A stretch of DNA of 47,382 bases, filler included, from Reclinomonas americana ATCC 50394 (taxonomy: Eukaryota): NCBI GenBank assembly GCA_048213135.1. It is 43 parts of 43 records of this genome, joined end to end, with 100 filler letters (N's around TTAATTAATTAA, not from the genome) between each part and the next. Parts side by side here need not be neighbours in the genome. Positions count along the whole stretch, not along the records: positions 1 to 1,008 come from AFZH01026858.1; positions 1,109 to 2,115 come from AFZH01026859.1; positions 2,216 to 3,222 come from AFZH01026860.1; positions 3,323 to 4,329 come from AFZH01026861.1; positions 4,430 to 5,436 come from AFZH01026862.1; positions 5,537 to 6,541 come from AFZH01026863.1; positions 6,642 to 7,649 come from AFZH01026864.1; positions 7,750 to 8,756 come from AFZH01026865.1; 35 more parts are not named here. One strand, written 5' to 3'. The position numbers and the translations under genes are program-made. Numbering within the stretch: position 1 is the first letter of the stretch; each line of letters starts with the position of its first letter. This document shows, one piece after another, positions 1-11,069 of the stretch. The notes beneath the pieces are model-generated. The model made no database searches and was not told the origin of the DNA. It saw only the letters and a program-made list of their open reading frames with translations.

Positions 1-200
1 GCACACTTGCGTTGCACACTTGCGTTGCACACTTGCGTTGCACTGTGCGTTGCACACTTGCGTTGCACACTTGCGTTGCACACTTGCGTTGCACACTTGC
101 GTTGCACTCTGCGTTGTACACTGCGGTGCACTCTGCGTTGTACCCTGCTTTGTACACTTGCGTTGCACACTGCGTTGCACACTGCGTTGCACACACTGCG
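1..200. repeat. 13-bp minisatellite (GCACACTTGCGTT)n with degenerate units, probably intronic
   Basis: About 15 tandem copies visible; lies upstream of the acceptor at 257-258. Confidence 0.95.
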
Positions 201-258
201 CTTCCTCTTTTCTTCATTGCTGCCTCTTGGCATCCACTCACTGTACCCTAACTCGCAG

Positions 259-1008
259 CAAAACATGCTCACTAAGCAAGGCGGTCGCTACTTTTTCGAA
301 GTCTGGAAGCTCCTCCGCGGCATGAACTACAACTCCAATCTCCAAGTGGAGATCGATGACTCGGATCTGTTGCGTTTCTCCTTCCCTCTTTACTTGCATC
401 CATTGTCTTCCTCTCTCTCATCATCCCTCTCACGCCCAGGCAATTGACACGACGTGCGGCCAATGACGCTCTCGAATTGACGCCCTCGGCGCGACGCATG
501 TTGGACATGGTACGCTAAAGCTGGAGAGGAGTGCACAGTGGTGCGCTGCATGGTACTTACCTTTATTCGCAGGTGTTCCGCCAGTTCGAGGGCGGCGATC
601 GCGGTCGTCTGTCACTGGAGGTGGTGGAGCAGCAAGTGGTCATGATGGCGCCGTTTTCCGATTGCTTTCCGCACCCGTTCCCGCGGAGTACTGTGCGCAG
701 TGCCGATGGTTTCCTGCAGCGGGCTGGTTGGCAGGCGCACTGGAGGTTTGATTCGGTCAAGGGTGATTGATGAGTGTTCGTATGTGGGCTTCGACTGACT
801 TGGGTGGCGGCAGTCGACTGGCAATGGTAGATCCGGAGTCGGCGTACTTGTACCTGCGGTACTGGGGTTTCGACGGCGACATTGATTCGGCGTTCAAGTT
901 GTATTCGTTGCGTGGCGCACTTTATCTCTTTGTCTATTGTTCACACGCTCACTCGCTCGCGCAGTCGTGACCGCGCGGACGCGTCTTCGTCCTCTCGCAC
1001 AGTTTTCC
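259..1008 (+). CDS. Mitochondrial Rho GTPase (Miro/Gem1)-like, EF-hand-associated region into second GTPase domain; partial; exons 259-368, 440-509, 573-745, 814-897, 965-1008
   Basis: Spliced peptide EVWKLLRGMNYNSNL..ALELTPSARRMLDMVFRQFEGGDRGRLSLE..GFLQRAGWQAHWSRLAMVDPESAYLYLRYWGF..RTVF follows the Miro motif order; all four GT-AG introns keep frame. Confidence 0.75.
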
Positions 1009-1108
1009 NNNNNNNNNNNNNNNNNNNNNNNNNNNNNNNNNNNNNNNNNNNNTTAATTAATTAANNNNNNNNNNNNNNNNNNNNNNNNNNNNNNNNNNNN
1101 NNNNNNNN
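1009..1108. other. Artificial contig-joining spacer (first of 42 identical spacers, one every ~1.1 kb)
   Basis: 44 N + TTAATTAATTAA (stops in all six frames) + 44 N; segments between spacers shrink from ~1008 to 1000 bp and are unrelated. Confidence 0.99.
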
Positions 1109-1110
1109 GG

Positions 1111-2115
1111 ATTGCCGCCGGCGAGGCAACCAGCGACCTCTGGCCGGTCGACATCCGCCGCTTCGCCGATTTCAACAACAACCCGGCCTGGCTGAAGGAC
1201 CGCATCAAGGAAACGCTCGGCCTGCATTACGCCATGCCCTGGCCGAACCGCGAACTCGATACCGCCAGGCCCTTCCGGCGCTCGCCGCTCTATGACCGCC
1301 TCGCCAACAAGGGTGCCGTCTTCGGCTCGAAGATGGGCTGGGAGCGCGCCAACTATTTCGCCCGCAGCGAGGACGAGCGCACGATCCGCTACTCCTTCGG
1401 CCCGCAGAACTGGTTCGAGACAGTCGCCGCCGAGCATCGCGCCTGCCGCGAGGCCGCCGGCCTCGTCGACATGAGCAGCTTTGCCAAGTTCCTGCTGCAG
1501 GGGCCGCAGGCCGAAGCCGCGCTGCAGAGCCTCGCCGCCAACGACGTCGCCGTGCCGGTCGGCACCTCCGTCTACACCGCCTTGCTCAATACGCGCGGCA
1601 CCTTCGAGAGCGACCTCACTGCCGCCCGCATCGCGCCCGACACCTATCTCCTCCTCACCGGCACCGCCCAGGCAACGCGCGATGCCCATTGGATCAGGCG
1701 CCAGCTTCCCGTCGGCGTGACGCTGACGGACGTGACCTCGGCTTATGCGGTCCTCTCGATTTGCGGCCCGAAGGTGATCGAAATCCTGAACCGCGTCTCG
1801 CCGACCTCGTTCGATCTCGCCGACTTCCCGGCCAACGCCATCCGCCAGATCACCATCGGCTATGCCACCACCTGGGCCTGCCGGCGCTCCTATCTGGGCG
1901 ATGGATTTGAGCTCTATGTGCCGGTCGAATTCGCCGCCGCCATCTACGATACGCTGCACGAGGCCGGTGCCGATCTCGGTCTCGTCGATGTCGGCTATTA
2001 CGCCGTCGACTCGCTGCGCATCGAGAAGGGCTTCCGGGCCTGGGGGCGCGAGCTGACGCCCGACGTCAACCCCTATGAGGCCGGGCTCGGCTTCGCGGTG
2101 AAGCTGAGCAAGGGC
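1111..2115 (+). CDS. Bacterial GcvT-family FAD-dependent oxidoreductase (dimethylglycine/sarcosine dehydrogenase-like), internal fragment
   Basis: DLWPVDIRRF, HYAMPWP, RRSPLYDRL, GWERANYF, DSLRIEKG; intronless, high GC3. Confidence 0.92.
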
Positions 2116-2292
2116 NNNNNNNNNNNNNNNNNNNNNNNNNNNNNNNNNNNNNNNNNNNNTTAATTAATTAANNNNNNNNNNNNNNNNNNNNNNNNNNNNN
2201 NNNNNNNNNNNNNNNCCGGAAAGAACATCGACAACCGTGAAGCAACAAGATGAAGACACACAAACAAAAAAACACGTCTAGGATCAGCAGCA

Positions 2293-2908
2293 TTATTCAA
2301 GGTCTGAGTCTGCGTCGTGCCCGTGCTCCTCGTCGTCGCTCTCTCCGTGGTGAATTCGTTTCCTGGCCACCGACAATGGAGATCGTGGTGGCTCCAGGTC
2401 GCCCTCGTCCTCGGCGTGGAATTGATCCTGCGCGACGGTGAGCACAAGGCCAAATGACGCTCCTGATTTCTGTTCTCGCACCTTCTTGTACGAGAGGATC
2501 ATGCTCTTGAAGGTGCCAAAGTCCTCAAAGCTCAACAGCATGTCCCACAGGTCGCCCGAGACCTCCGACTCGCCGCGCTCCCTGTGCAAAGCGGTGTTGG
2601 TGAGAAGGAGAGCGGTTGAGGTAAAGGGAGGGGATGACGCAACTCGAGCATGCCCATGAACTCTTGCATCTCAAACGCCTCGATCTCGTCCTTCAGTCGA
2701 GACTCGAGGTGCGACTCGATCACGCGTGTCTGTTGGGGGGGAATGTGGTGAGACGCGGGAGGCGGGGAAGTGGGGGGAAGGGAAGGGATAAAGGACGCAA
2801 CGTATTCCTTGTGGATGGTGGTGTACTCGAGTTTGTTCTCCTCCGTGTCCTCAAACACGCCGCAGTGCTCGCGCATGAAGGAGGATTGTAGGTGGACAAA
2901 GTCGTCGT
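2293..2908 (-). CDS. ARL2BP: ARL2-binding protein (BART domain), spliced, 5'-partial
   Basis: DDFVHLQSSFMREHCGVFEDTEENKLEYTTIHKEY|TRVIESHLESRL..|EVSGDLWDMLLSFEDFGTFKSMILSYKK; FEDTEENKL and D.LL.F.DF..FK are BART motifs. Confidence 0.88.
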
Positions 2909-3322
2909 CTGGGGAAGGGGAGAGAGGTGAGATTAAGGGCGACAAGATCATGACCACCAGTGAGACTGAGACTGCTTGAAGAAGAATGAAAAGGATCACA
3001 AGATGCAAGCAAGGGGCACGGACTCCGACCCAGGTCAGGGTGCGAGATGGCAGTCGCGAACGATGAATATGACTGCATGTTGCTCCCTCGGGGGGAGAGA
3101 GGGAGGGAGGGAGAAAGGGAGGGAGGGAGGGAGGGAGAAAGGGAGGGGAACGGAGAGAGAGAGAGAGAGGAGGAGAGGAGGGAGGAGACAACGAGAACAG
3201 ACGGAAAGGGCAAGAGACGAGANNNNNNNNNNNNNNNNNNNNNNNNNNNNNNNNNNNNNNNNNNNNTTAATTAATTAANNNNNNNNNNNNNNNNNNNNNN
3301 NNNNNNNNNNNNNNNNNNNNNN

Positions 3323-3535
3323 GAGCTCCATCAGTGTGTAGAAGGCGGTGGCGAACCAGCCGTTGCCTGTGAGCCAGAGTGAAGCAGACAGAGAGAGAGA
3401 GAGAGTGAGAGCGAGTGAGTGAGTGGCAATGTCATGTCGTGCGTGTGAACAGTGCACACCTTTGCGGTAGTGGTAGATGGCCATGATGGCACCGGCCACC
3501 GTGAAGAAGCCGGAGGCAGACTGCGACCAACACAT
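3323..3535 (-). CDS. Membrane protein N-terminus resembling DUF5765; intron 3367-3459
   Basis: MCWSQSASGFFTVAGAIMAIYHYRKG|NGWFATAFYTLMEL resembles the MCWS..AS...Y..MEL pattern recalled for DUF5765. Confidence 0.55.
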
Positions 3536-3633
3536 TTGGCGCTCTGTGATCGGAAGAAGAGGTGGGGAGGAGGGAAAATTGGCGGGAGCGAGCACGGAGG
3601 CGTTTATCACCCGGCTTTGTATACGGACACAAA

Positions 3634-4329
3634 ATGAAAGGCAGCAAAGGGGCGCTGAGTGAGGCGGAGGCCGTCTTCGAGAACTCATCAGTGACGGCCT
3701 CCTTGCGCCGGGAGAGCATGTCGACGGCCAACATGGCGTACAGCCGCAACCACATCAAGACGGACGAAGAAAGTTGCGCGCACACGCGTACGCACACACA
3801 GACACTCGTGTCTCACACACGACGAGAGACTCACCGCATTGCAGTTGAAGCACGACGGCAAAGCGTCTCTGTGGATCCCGTCATGGTACGCCGCGCTGCT
3901 GTGTGTGTGTTTTGTGTAAAAAGCTTCTGTAATCACTCTCGATTTCTCTCTCCTCTCTCTTGCTTCCTCTCCGTTTGCCTCTCTGTTACTCTCTTCCCCT
4001 TTACTGTCTGTCTCTCTCCTTATCCCTCCCCCCTCTCTCCATCTCCCTCTCTCGCAATTTCGATTTCACTGCAGCCTCGACAAGCACGATCTCCGCCCCC
4101 GGGCAGCGCCTCCTCCAACAGCGGCTTTGTGACGTCGGTGGAGTCACGACGGAAGGCACTGGAGACTGTGATGGAGATCATGACAGACCAGTCGCGGGCG
4201 AGACGCTCGTCGCTGCTCGGCTCCCCGGTGCACTCGCAATCGCGAGTGCTGGGCAAGAAAATCGACGAGCTGCGCTCGTCTCTCGATCAGCAGCATCAGC
4301 GTGCTGCAGGTGCCAGCTCCACGTCGCCA
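3634..4329 (+). CDS. Unknown eukaryotic protein, N-terminal exons (approx. 3634-3772, 3845-3885, 4075-4329)
   Basis: ATG followed by frame-preserving GT-AG introns; no recognisable domain. Confidence 0.5.
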
Positions 4330-4429
4330 NNNNNNNNNNNNNNNNNNNNNNNNNNNNNNNNNNNNNNNNNNNNTTAATTAATTAANNNNNNNNNNNNNNN
4401 NNNNNNNNNNNNNNNNNNNNNNNNNNNNN

Positions 4430-4745
4430 CGGCGCGTTGCTCGGCATCACGCTGCGCAAGTTCGGCGCGGTGTTCGGCATCGCGCTCTTTCTTGCGCGCC
4501 TTCTTCTTCTCCTTGCATGCGGCAAGCTCACGTTCGAGCCGCACCAGCGCGTCTGCCGCGGTCTTCAGTTCTCTGATATTCTGCTCCCTCATGAGATGTA
4601 CCAATGCAGGGACACCGACAGCGGGCTCTCTGCGCACAAAGAGGGAAGCAAGAATCATCAGCAACGCGAAACAGCTGAGTGGTGTACACAAAGAGAGAGA
4701 GGCGCACACGAGTTTGTTGTTGACACGATCATTCCCCCCACTCAT
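4430..4745 (-). CDS. Unknown coiled-coil protein, N-terminal fragment
   Basis: MSGGNDRVNNKL, a probable intron, then charged heptads (..ERDAEHRAELAQRDAEQRA). Confidence 0.45.
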
Positions 4746-5536
4746 TTCCAGAACAATGCAGAGAGAGAGAGGGAGAGAGTGACTCACGCAAGAGGAGAAC
4801 GACAGAAACAAAACAAAAAACAAAAAACACCGCAAAGAGAACGAGCGCCTCTCACACACGACAAACAGCAAGTTCGCGCGCACGGGACGCGAAGTCGGAG
4901 TTTCTCAATCACAGTGCCCATCGCTTCCACCTCATCACCGCAGTGTAAGTGGGAGGGATGCTTCTACACACAGAGACACTCCAACAAGCATACAACCACA
5001 CACCAAGCACTTCGCGACAACTCAAGTTCACACGTCGACATTGGAGACTAATATCACCAAAAATCGGGACAACACACAAAGTGCAACGGGGCACTCAGAG
5101 GCACAAATGAAAGCTCACATACATACATACAGACACAGCAGAAACCAAGATCGAGAGAGTGGGTGCCTCCGAAGGCCAACACTTGACGTGCACGCTCCGA
5201 TGAACATGAAAAACAACAAAGCTTCACCGATCGCTCGTGCAGTGGAGGCGCGAGGAACATGAAGCCCAACGGACACACGGTCTCGCACAACAAGCAGAGA
5301 CACATCTAGATCCACGATGACAGAATGGGACAGGAAGAGTGAGACGGGGAGAGCGCGCGCGGGGAGGGAGGGGGAGAAGGAGAGAAAGAGAGAGATTGCC
5401 ATCATCTAATGATCTCACCCCAAAGCCAGCTGCTCGNNNNNNNNNNNNNNNNNNNNNNNNNNNNNNNNNNNNNNNNNNNNTTAATTAATTAANNNNNNNN
5501 NNNNNNNNNNNNNNNNNNNNNNNNNNNNNNNNNNNN

Positions 5537-6541
5537 GCCACCAGCGGTGGAGCCTGTGGTCACCACGCACCGCACGCCGGTAGAGTCGTCGCAGGCACGA
5601 GAGCCGCCGTCACCCATCGTGCCGTTGGACGAGGATCGCTTGCCGGTCCATGCTCGCAAGGCGTCGCGCGGCAAGCTGCGCAAAAAGATTGTCCGACGCG
5701 GTCGCACGCTGTCACGCACCCCTGCCTCTCCTGCATCGTCGCCGTCGACTCCGCCGGCGGGTGTGGTCATTCCCCGATTGCGATTCCCGGAGCGGTTGTC
5801 ACCACCACGTCGTCCGAGCCTCTGCTCCCGTCGGCCGCCGCACGATCCATTGTGTCGCCGCGCAGTGCTCTGTCACCGCGCGGCTCGGCCGCCACCTTTA
5901 ATCGCGCCTCTCTCGCGCTCCTGTTTGGCACGCAACACGGCGAGGCTCCTCCGCTGCCGGCGGTCGACTCGCCACGCAAGGCGCCGCCTGCACTGAGTCC
6001 GCGTGAGCGCATCGAGTCCGTGTCTCCGCGCCTGAAGGAGCGCGCCGCCGCCCTCGCGGCTGCCACCGACGGGCCCATCGGCAAGCTGGCGATGCTGCTG
6101 CCGGCACTCGTGGTGCCTGCGTCGCCGTCGACACCCTCGTCCATGATTTCGGTGGACACGCCGGTGCCGCAAATGTCGCCGCTGGTGACAGATCGCGAAT
6201 CGAGTTTGCCGCCTCCCGTGGCGGCGGGAGGGTCTCGGCCGGGTTCCGTGTCGCCGCTGACACCGCCGCCGCTGGAGCGTGCGTCCACGGTGCCGACGCT
6301 ACCGCCAGTGCCGCGGCCGCGCTTGCAGCCGTTCCGTCGTCCGCCGACGCCCGTGCGCGCGCACTCCATGTCGTCCATGTTTGCGCGATCGCCGAGTCCC
6401 GGACTCAAGGATCGCCGACGAATCACCGATTGTGTCAATGATCCGCGCACCACGCCGGTGTTGGTCGCCGGGGCGAGGAGTGATGAGGAGGAGGATGAGG
6501 AGGAGGAGGCGAGGACGTTGTCAAGTGGTAGGCAGGGGAAG
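5537..6541 (+). CDS. Pro/Ser-rich low-complexity protein fragment with an apparent frame change near 5770
   Basis: SP-rich coding-like text in one frame to ~5770, continuing in another frame to the contig end. Confidence 0.45.
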
Positions 6542-6641
6542 NNNNNNNNNNNNNNNNNNNNNNNNNNNNNNNNNNNNNNNNNNNNTTAATTAATTAANNN
6601 NNNNNNNNNNNNNNNNNNNNNNNNNNNNNNNNNNNNNNNNN

Positions 6642-7649
6642 GCATAACCGGCATTGGCGGTGGAGGACTGGGAAAATCCCTTGGACACGCGCAAACCGCC
6701 AAACACATCGAGCTGTGCACGCGGAAATTCATGCCCAATGCCCACATATTCAGTGTTGGCGGCCACGCGAATGGCACGCGTGCCGATTTTCACGCCTGTA
6801 TCGCACAGAGAGTCAGCGGTGAGAACAACCGATGAAGCGCTCACATGCAGCAAGTGCGAGCTACGCAACCGCCTTGAAAGTCCGCGTTGTAGTTGATGTT
6901 GAGCACAGGCGACATGGGCGATGTGGTGTACGTCACGTGCAAGGCTCGTGCCAATCCATACGGCGGGGAGTCGGTCGCCGCACGGCCGACAGTGCTCCCC
7001 GCCAGCAGCGCGCCAAGAGACAGCGTGTCACCGGCCACAAACGCGCTTCCGTTGACAAATGCATGCCACTTGCTCATATCGTTGCTGTCGGTCTTTGACA
7101 AGCGCAGAATCTCGTCGCCCGTGATGTAGAAGGCCAGGTCCGGGTGTCGTGAAGTGACGCGGGGCTCCGTATCTGATGTGTACAAACCCAGTGAGCCATC
7201 GAGTACAGAGAGAGGTGCAGTGAGAACAGGCATCCACACCTCTCCTTGGCTGCGCCGTCTCGCGTCGTCTTACTGGTTGAAATTGGGAACCTGCGACGGC
7301 GGTGAGAGGAGAACAACAGACAGATGTTAGGAGAGATAGAGAGAGGGGACCTGAGGCAAACGAGTCGGCTCGGGAGGACGAATCTGCAGGCAAGTAAAAA
7401 AAAAGGAGGAGGATCAGGAGCACTGCCCAGCAGCGCGAAGGACAAGTTGATCGCCGCACGCACATTGTGACGTCGCCGATGACTCTCTTGTACTACCGTC
7501 CGCTGTGAGAATGGACAGAGTCAGGCACACGAAAACCGCCCAAGTGCACGCAGCGACGGAGACAGAGAAGGAAGAGAATGATGTTATCGACGCACCACGG
7601 TACGCCGGTAACCTCACTGCAGTGTCCTCTCCATAGGATGGAGCTGTGG
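6642..7649 (-). CDS. Spliced gene with tail-fibre-like motifs; partial; main exons 7172-6870 and ~6795-6642
   Basis: DLAFYITGDEILRL..GLARALHV..VLNINYNADFQGG|GVKIG..EYVGIGHEFPRAQLDVFGGLRV; upstream short exons can be joined in frame by GT-AG introns. Confidence 0.6.
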
Positions 7650-7749
7650 NNNNNNNNNNNNNNNNNNNNNNNNNNNNNNNNNNNNNNNNNNNNTTAATTA
7701 ATTAANNNNNNNNNNNNNNNNNNNNNNNNNNNNNNNNNNNNNNNNNNNN

Positions 7750-8740
7750 GGATTCGCGGATCTGACGGCGGCAACACTGGGCGGCAGCTTCGACAGCGGG
7801 GCGATTGTGTTGTCGGCATCGTGCACCAGCACACCGGTGGTGGCGGTGGCGAACAGCAGTGTGGTGTGCGCGCAGTACGGAGGCGTGGGAACGATGGTGT
7901 TGAATGTGGGTGCCAACATGGTGACGTCTGGCACATACAAGATGTGCATTCGGTGGAAGAACTCTGTGGCATACGATGACACTGGTCTCACGCTTGGAGT
8001 CGGTGAGTTTTTCTTTCCCTTCCTCCGTTTGCGTGCGTATAGCAAGTGATCAACTGATTCTGTGATGTGCACAATGCAGGCGGTGTGCAAGCCGTGTCGC
8101 CGCCAGCCGTGCTGCAGAAAGTGAACCAAGTTGTTTCACTGACTGGCGCCGGGTTTGTGGACGTGAGCGGTGATGCGAATGCTGTAATTGTTGCGGCATC
8201 GTGCTCGGTGCCGAACACGGTGGCTCCGACGGCAGCGGCACCGGCCGTGGTGCAGTACGTGGATTCGTCGACGATCAAGCTGACAATTGATGGACGTTTG
8301 GCTGCGGCGGGGACGTATCGTGTGTGCACGAGATGGGCGCCGACGCAGGCGTACCAAGATGCGATTGCACTGAATGTCGGTACGTAGTGGAGGATGGATG
8401 TGTGATGGTGCAGACACATTGGCTAAATTTGTGCACGACACAGCCACTGTGAGCACGGTGGTGCCGCCTGCGATGGGCACACGAGGAGTGGAGCGAGTGC
8501 GATTGATTGGTGGCGGGCTGCTGAGTACAGCGACGGATGCAAACTCGATCGTGTTGGCCACAGACACGACGTGCGCGACTGTGGTGCCGACGGTGAGCAT
8601 CAGCAGCATCAGCAGTGTGAGCAGCAGCGAGGCTCGTGTGTCGGTGACGACGAATGCGACACCGGCCGGGTTCTATCCAGTGTGCATGCGATGGACGAGC
8701 AGTCTGCCGTACTTTGCGACAGACGTCGGTGTGCGAGTCG
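7750..8740 (+). CDS. Extracellular repeat protein with ~100-aa Ig/IPT-like units; exons 7750-8002, 8080-8379, 8444-8740
   Basis: Units end GTYKMCIRW, GTYRVCTRW, GFYPVCMRW; phase-1 introns at equivalent positions. Confidence 0.8.
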
Positions 8741-8923
8741 GTACGTCTTTTGCTGCNNNNNNNNNNNNNNNNNNNNNNNNNNNNNNNNNNNNNNNNNNNN
8801 TTAATTAATTAANNNNNNNNNNNNNNNNNNNNNNNNNNNNNNNNNNNNNNNNNNNNGCTGACGTCTTATCGGAGGTTCTCTGTGGCGTGGATGTGATTGT
8901 TGACACGTGCTCTCCTTGCAACA

Positions 8924-9723
8924 GATTATTCGACGTTGTGGTGGAGTATGCAGGCGAAATGGACGCAGCAGAGGGCGGCGCGAATCAGTTGTATGAACGC
9001 GTACTGTCAGCGCACGTGCGCATGACTCAGACTCTGTCGTGGGAGACGGTGGATGGAAGGCGGCCGGCATGCACGTTGGTGTCGAGGTTGGTGTTAGAGT
9101 GTGCGTGTGTGTTGCGCACAAGAAGCGTGCCACTCAAAGTCACTATTCGTGCTGTAGCTCGCCAGCGCAAGCCGACAGGGATTTCGCGCACGAACCGCCG
9201 TCAAACTACTGTGAGTTGTTGGTGTCAACGGTGTTGGATGCGGCGCAGCGCACTCCAGCCGAGTGGGCCGAGGTGATGCAATGAGCCGCGCCATCCTGTT
9301 GTTTTACCGTAACTGAATCCGTGATTGCGCAGTATGGCTCGTTTTTGTGGGCCGCCCTGACGTGCATCCGCTTTGCGGAGCTCGAAGTCCGCCCGTCAGA
9401 CGAGACGTTGTTGTCGGCGGTGATGACGATTGCTGAGTCGTGTGGGCAAGAACTACTGGCCAGTGATGCCGGTGGAAGCGACCCGCAGTACCTTGGTGAG
9501 CGCACGCCTCAACTTTTGAGCATTTGTTTTTTCTTGCCTCACACACTTGTGCTGCAGAAATCGTGACCAAGGTGTACGCCGAGGCGCTGAGCGTACTTGC
9601 CAAGCTCCTGTCGTCGAAGAAGCTCACTCGGATATACGACGTGGCGATTTCGGTGTTCCGCCAACACTCGTTGTCGCTGGGCATCCTGACTGCCACCTAC
9701 CGCTTCCTGCGTGCCACTCGTCG
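8924..9723 (+). CDS. Unknown multi-exon helical (ARM/HEAT-like) protein fragment
   Basis: Amphipathic exons (YGSFLWAALTCIRFAELE.., EIVTKVYAEALSVLAKLL..) bounded by GT/AG; some junctions uncertain. Confidence 0.45.
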
Positions 9724-9728
9724 GTTCG

Positions 9729-9862
<134 letters not shown>

Positions 9863-9962
9863 NNNNNNNNNNNNNNNNNNNNNNNNNNNNNNNNNNNNNN
9901 NNNNNNTTAATTAATTAANNNNNNNNNNNNNNNNNNNNNNNNNNNNNNNNNNNNNNNNNNNN

Positions 9963-10659
9963 CATTGATCCGGGTGTATGGGCCGACCAGCCGGTGCACG
10001 GCATAGCGGCCGCCGGGGATCTCCAGCGTCTCGACCTCCGAGTTCTCTGGCCAGGGATCGGGTGAGGCGATGGCGGCGTAATATCGGAAGCGGCCGGTAT
10101 GTTCGGGGTTGCCGAATGAGGCGCCCCATTTCTCCGCGACGGTGCGGGGACCGGCGCGCTGGCGCAGCTGCCGATGCGTATGGGGGATGGTCGCGAACGA
10201 TCCGACATGCCGCAGCGCACGCAGTTGCCGTGCCGGCCGCTCGACGATCGTGACAGCAGGCAGGGATGCGTCGTCGGGGAGCAGGGGTGCCATTTCGGCA
10301 GCAACGAACGCTTGCGTCATCTGTTGCCGGAATGCGCGTGGCGATTGCCCGGTGAATTCGTGAAAGGCGCGCGCGAAGGCTTGCGGGCTGTCATAGCCGA
10401 CCGCCAGCGCCACTTGCGTGATGCTCTCGTTCGAGCTGGTCAGGAGACGGGTCGCGAGGGCCAGCCGAACGCGGCGGACGGTGGCCGCTACCGTCTCGCC
10501 GACAACGCCGGCATAGACGCGGTGAAAATGAAAGGGTGAGAAATTGGCGAGGCGCGCGAGATCATCGAGACGGGAATTGGCCATCGGGTCGGCGACGATG
10601 GCGGCGACCGCGCGAGCCACGCGGATGCGATAATCCCGTTCCGTTCGATCGTTGGTCAT
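9963..10659 (-). CDS. Bacterial AraC-family regulator with C-terminal GyrI-like domain, 3'-truncated
   Basis: LARLANFSPFHFHRVY, ITQVALAVGYDSPQAFARAF HTH; LRHVGSF and IPGGRYAVHRLVGPY GyrI-like motifs. Confidence 0.93.
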
Positions 10660-10909
10660 GGCCGATAGCTTGCCCTATCGCTGCGCCGGAAACTTAGCTG
10701 CTTTTGCTAAAGTGCCTGGATGCGGATCGGTCGGTTGCTGCATCCTGTGTCCTGAATCGCTTCGCGGGTATGACTGCCATTGCCCCTTGGCTTCGAAACA
10801 CGGCCGGGCGAGCGGGTTTGGCCAAGGCGTTGTTTGGAGTATGGCAGTTGCGCAGAGGCGCCGCGCATGCACTGCGGGGTTTTGACTGGACCGATGACGG
10901 GATGATGGA

Positions 10910-10969
10910 ATGACCGACGACATGACCTCCCCGCTCGGCATCGCCGTCGTGCCGGTGACGGCTTTCCAG
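10910..10969 (+). CDS. Start of bacterial MBL-fold metallo-hydrolase (YcbL/GloC-like)
   Basis: MTDDMTSPLGIAVVPVTAFQ; PVTAFQ is the typical N-terminal motif, but only 20 codons are visible. Confidence 0.6.
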
Positions 10970-11069
10970 NNNNNNNNNNNNNNNNNNNNNNNNNNNNNNN
11001 NNNNNNNNNNNNNTTAATTAATTAANNNNNNNNNNNNNNNNNNNNNNNNNNNNNNNNNNNNNNNNNNNN

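Noticed and set aside
1..200. 13-mer array as CRISPR, telomere or coding repeat (LRCT/HTCV ORFs)
   Set aside because: No unique spacers, no telomere-like unit, and it lies directly before a splice acceptor
5760..5790. Programmed frameshift in the Pro/Ser-rich gene
   Set aside because: No slippery heptamer seen; a consensus indel error in a short contig is simpler
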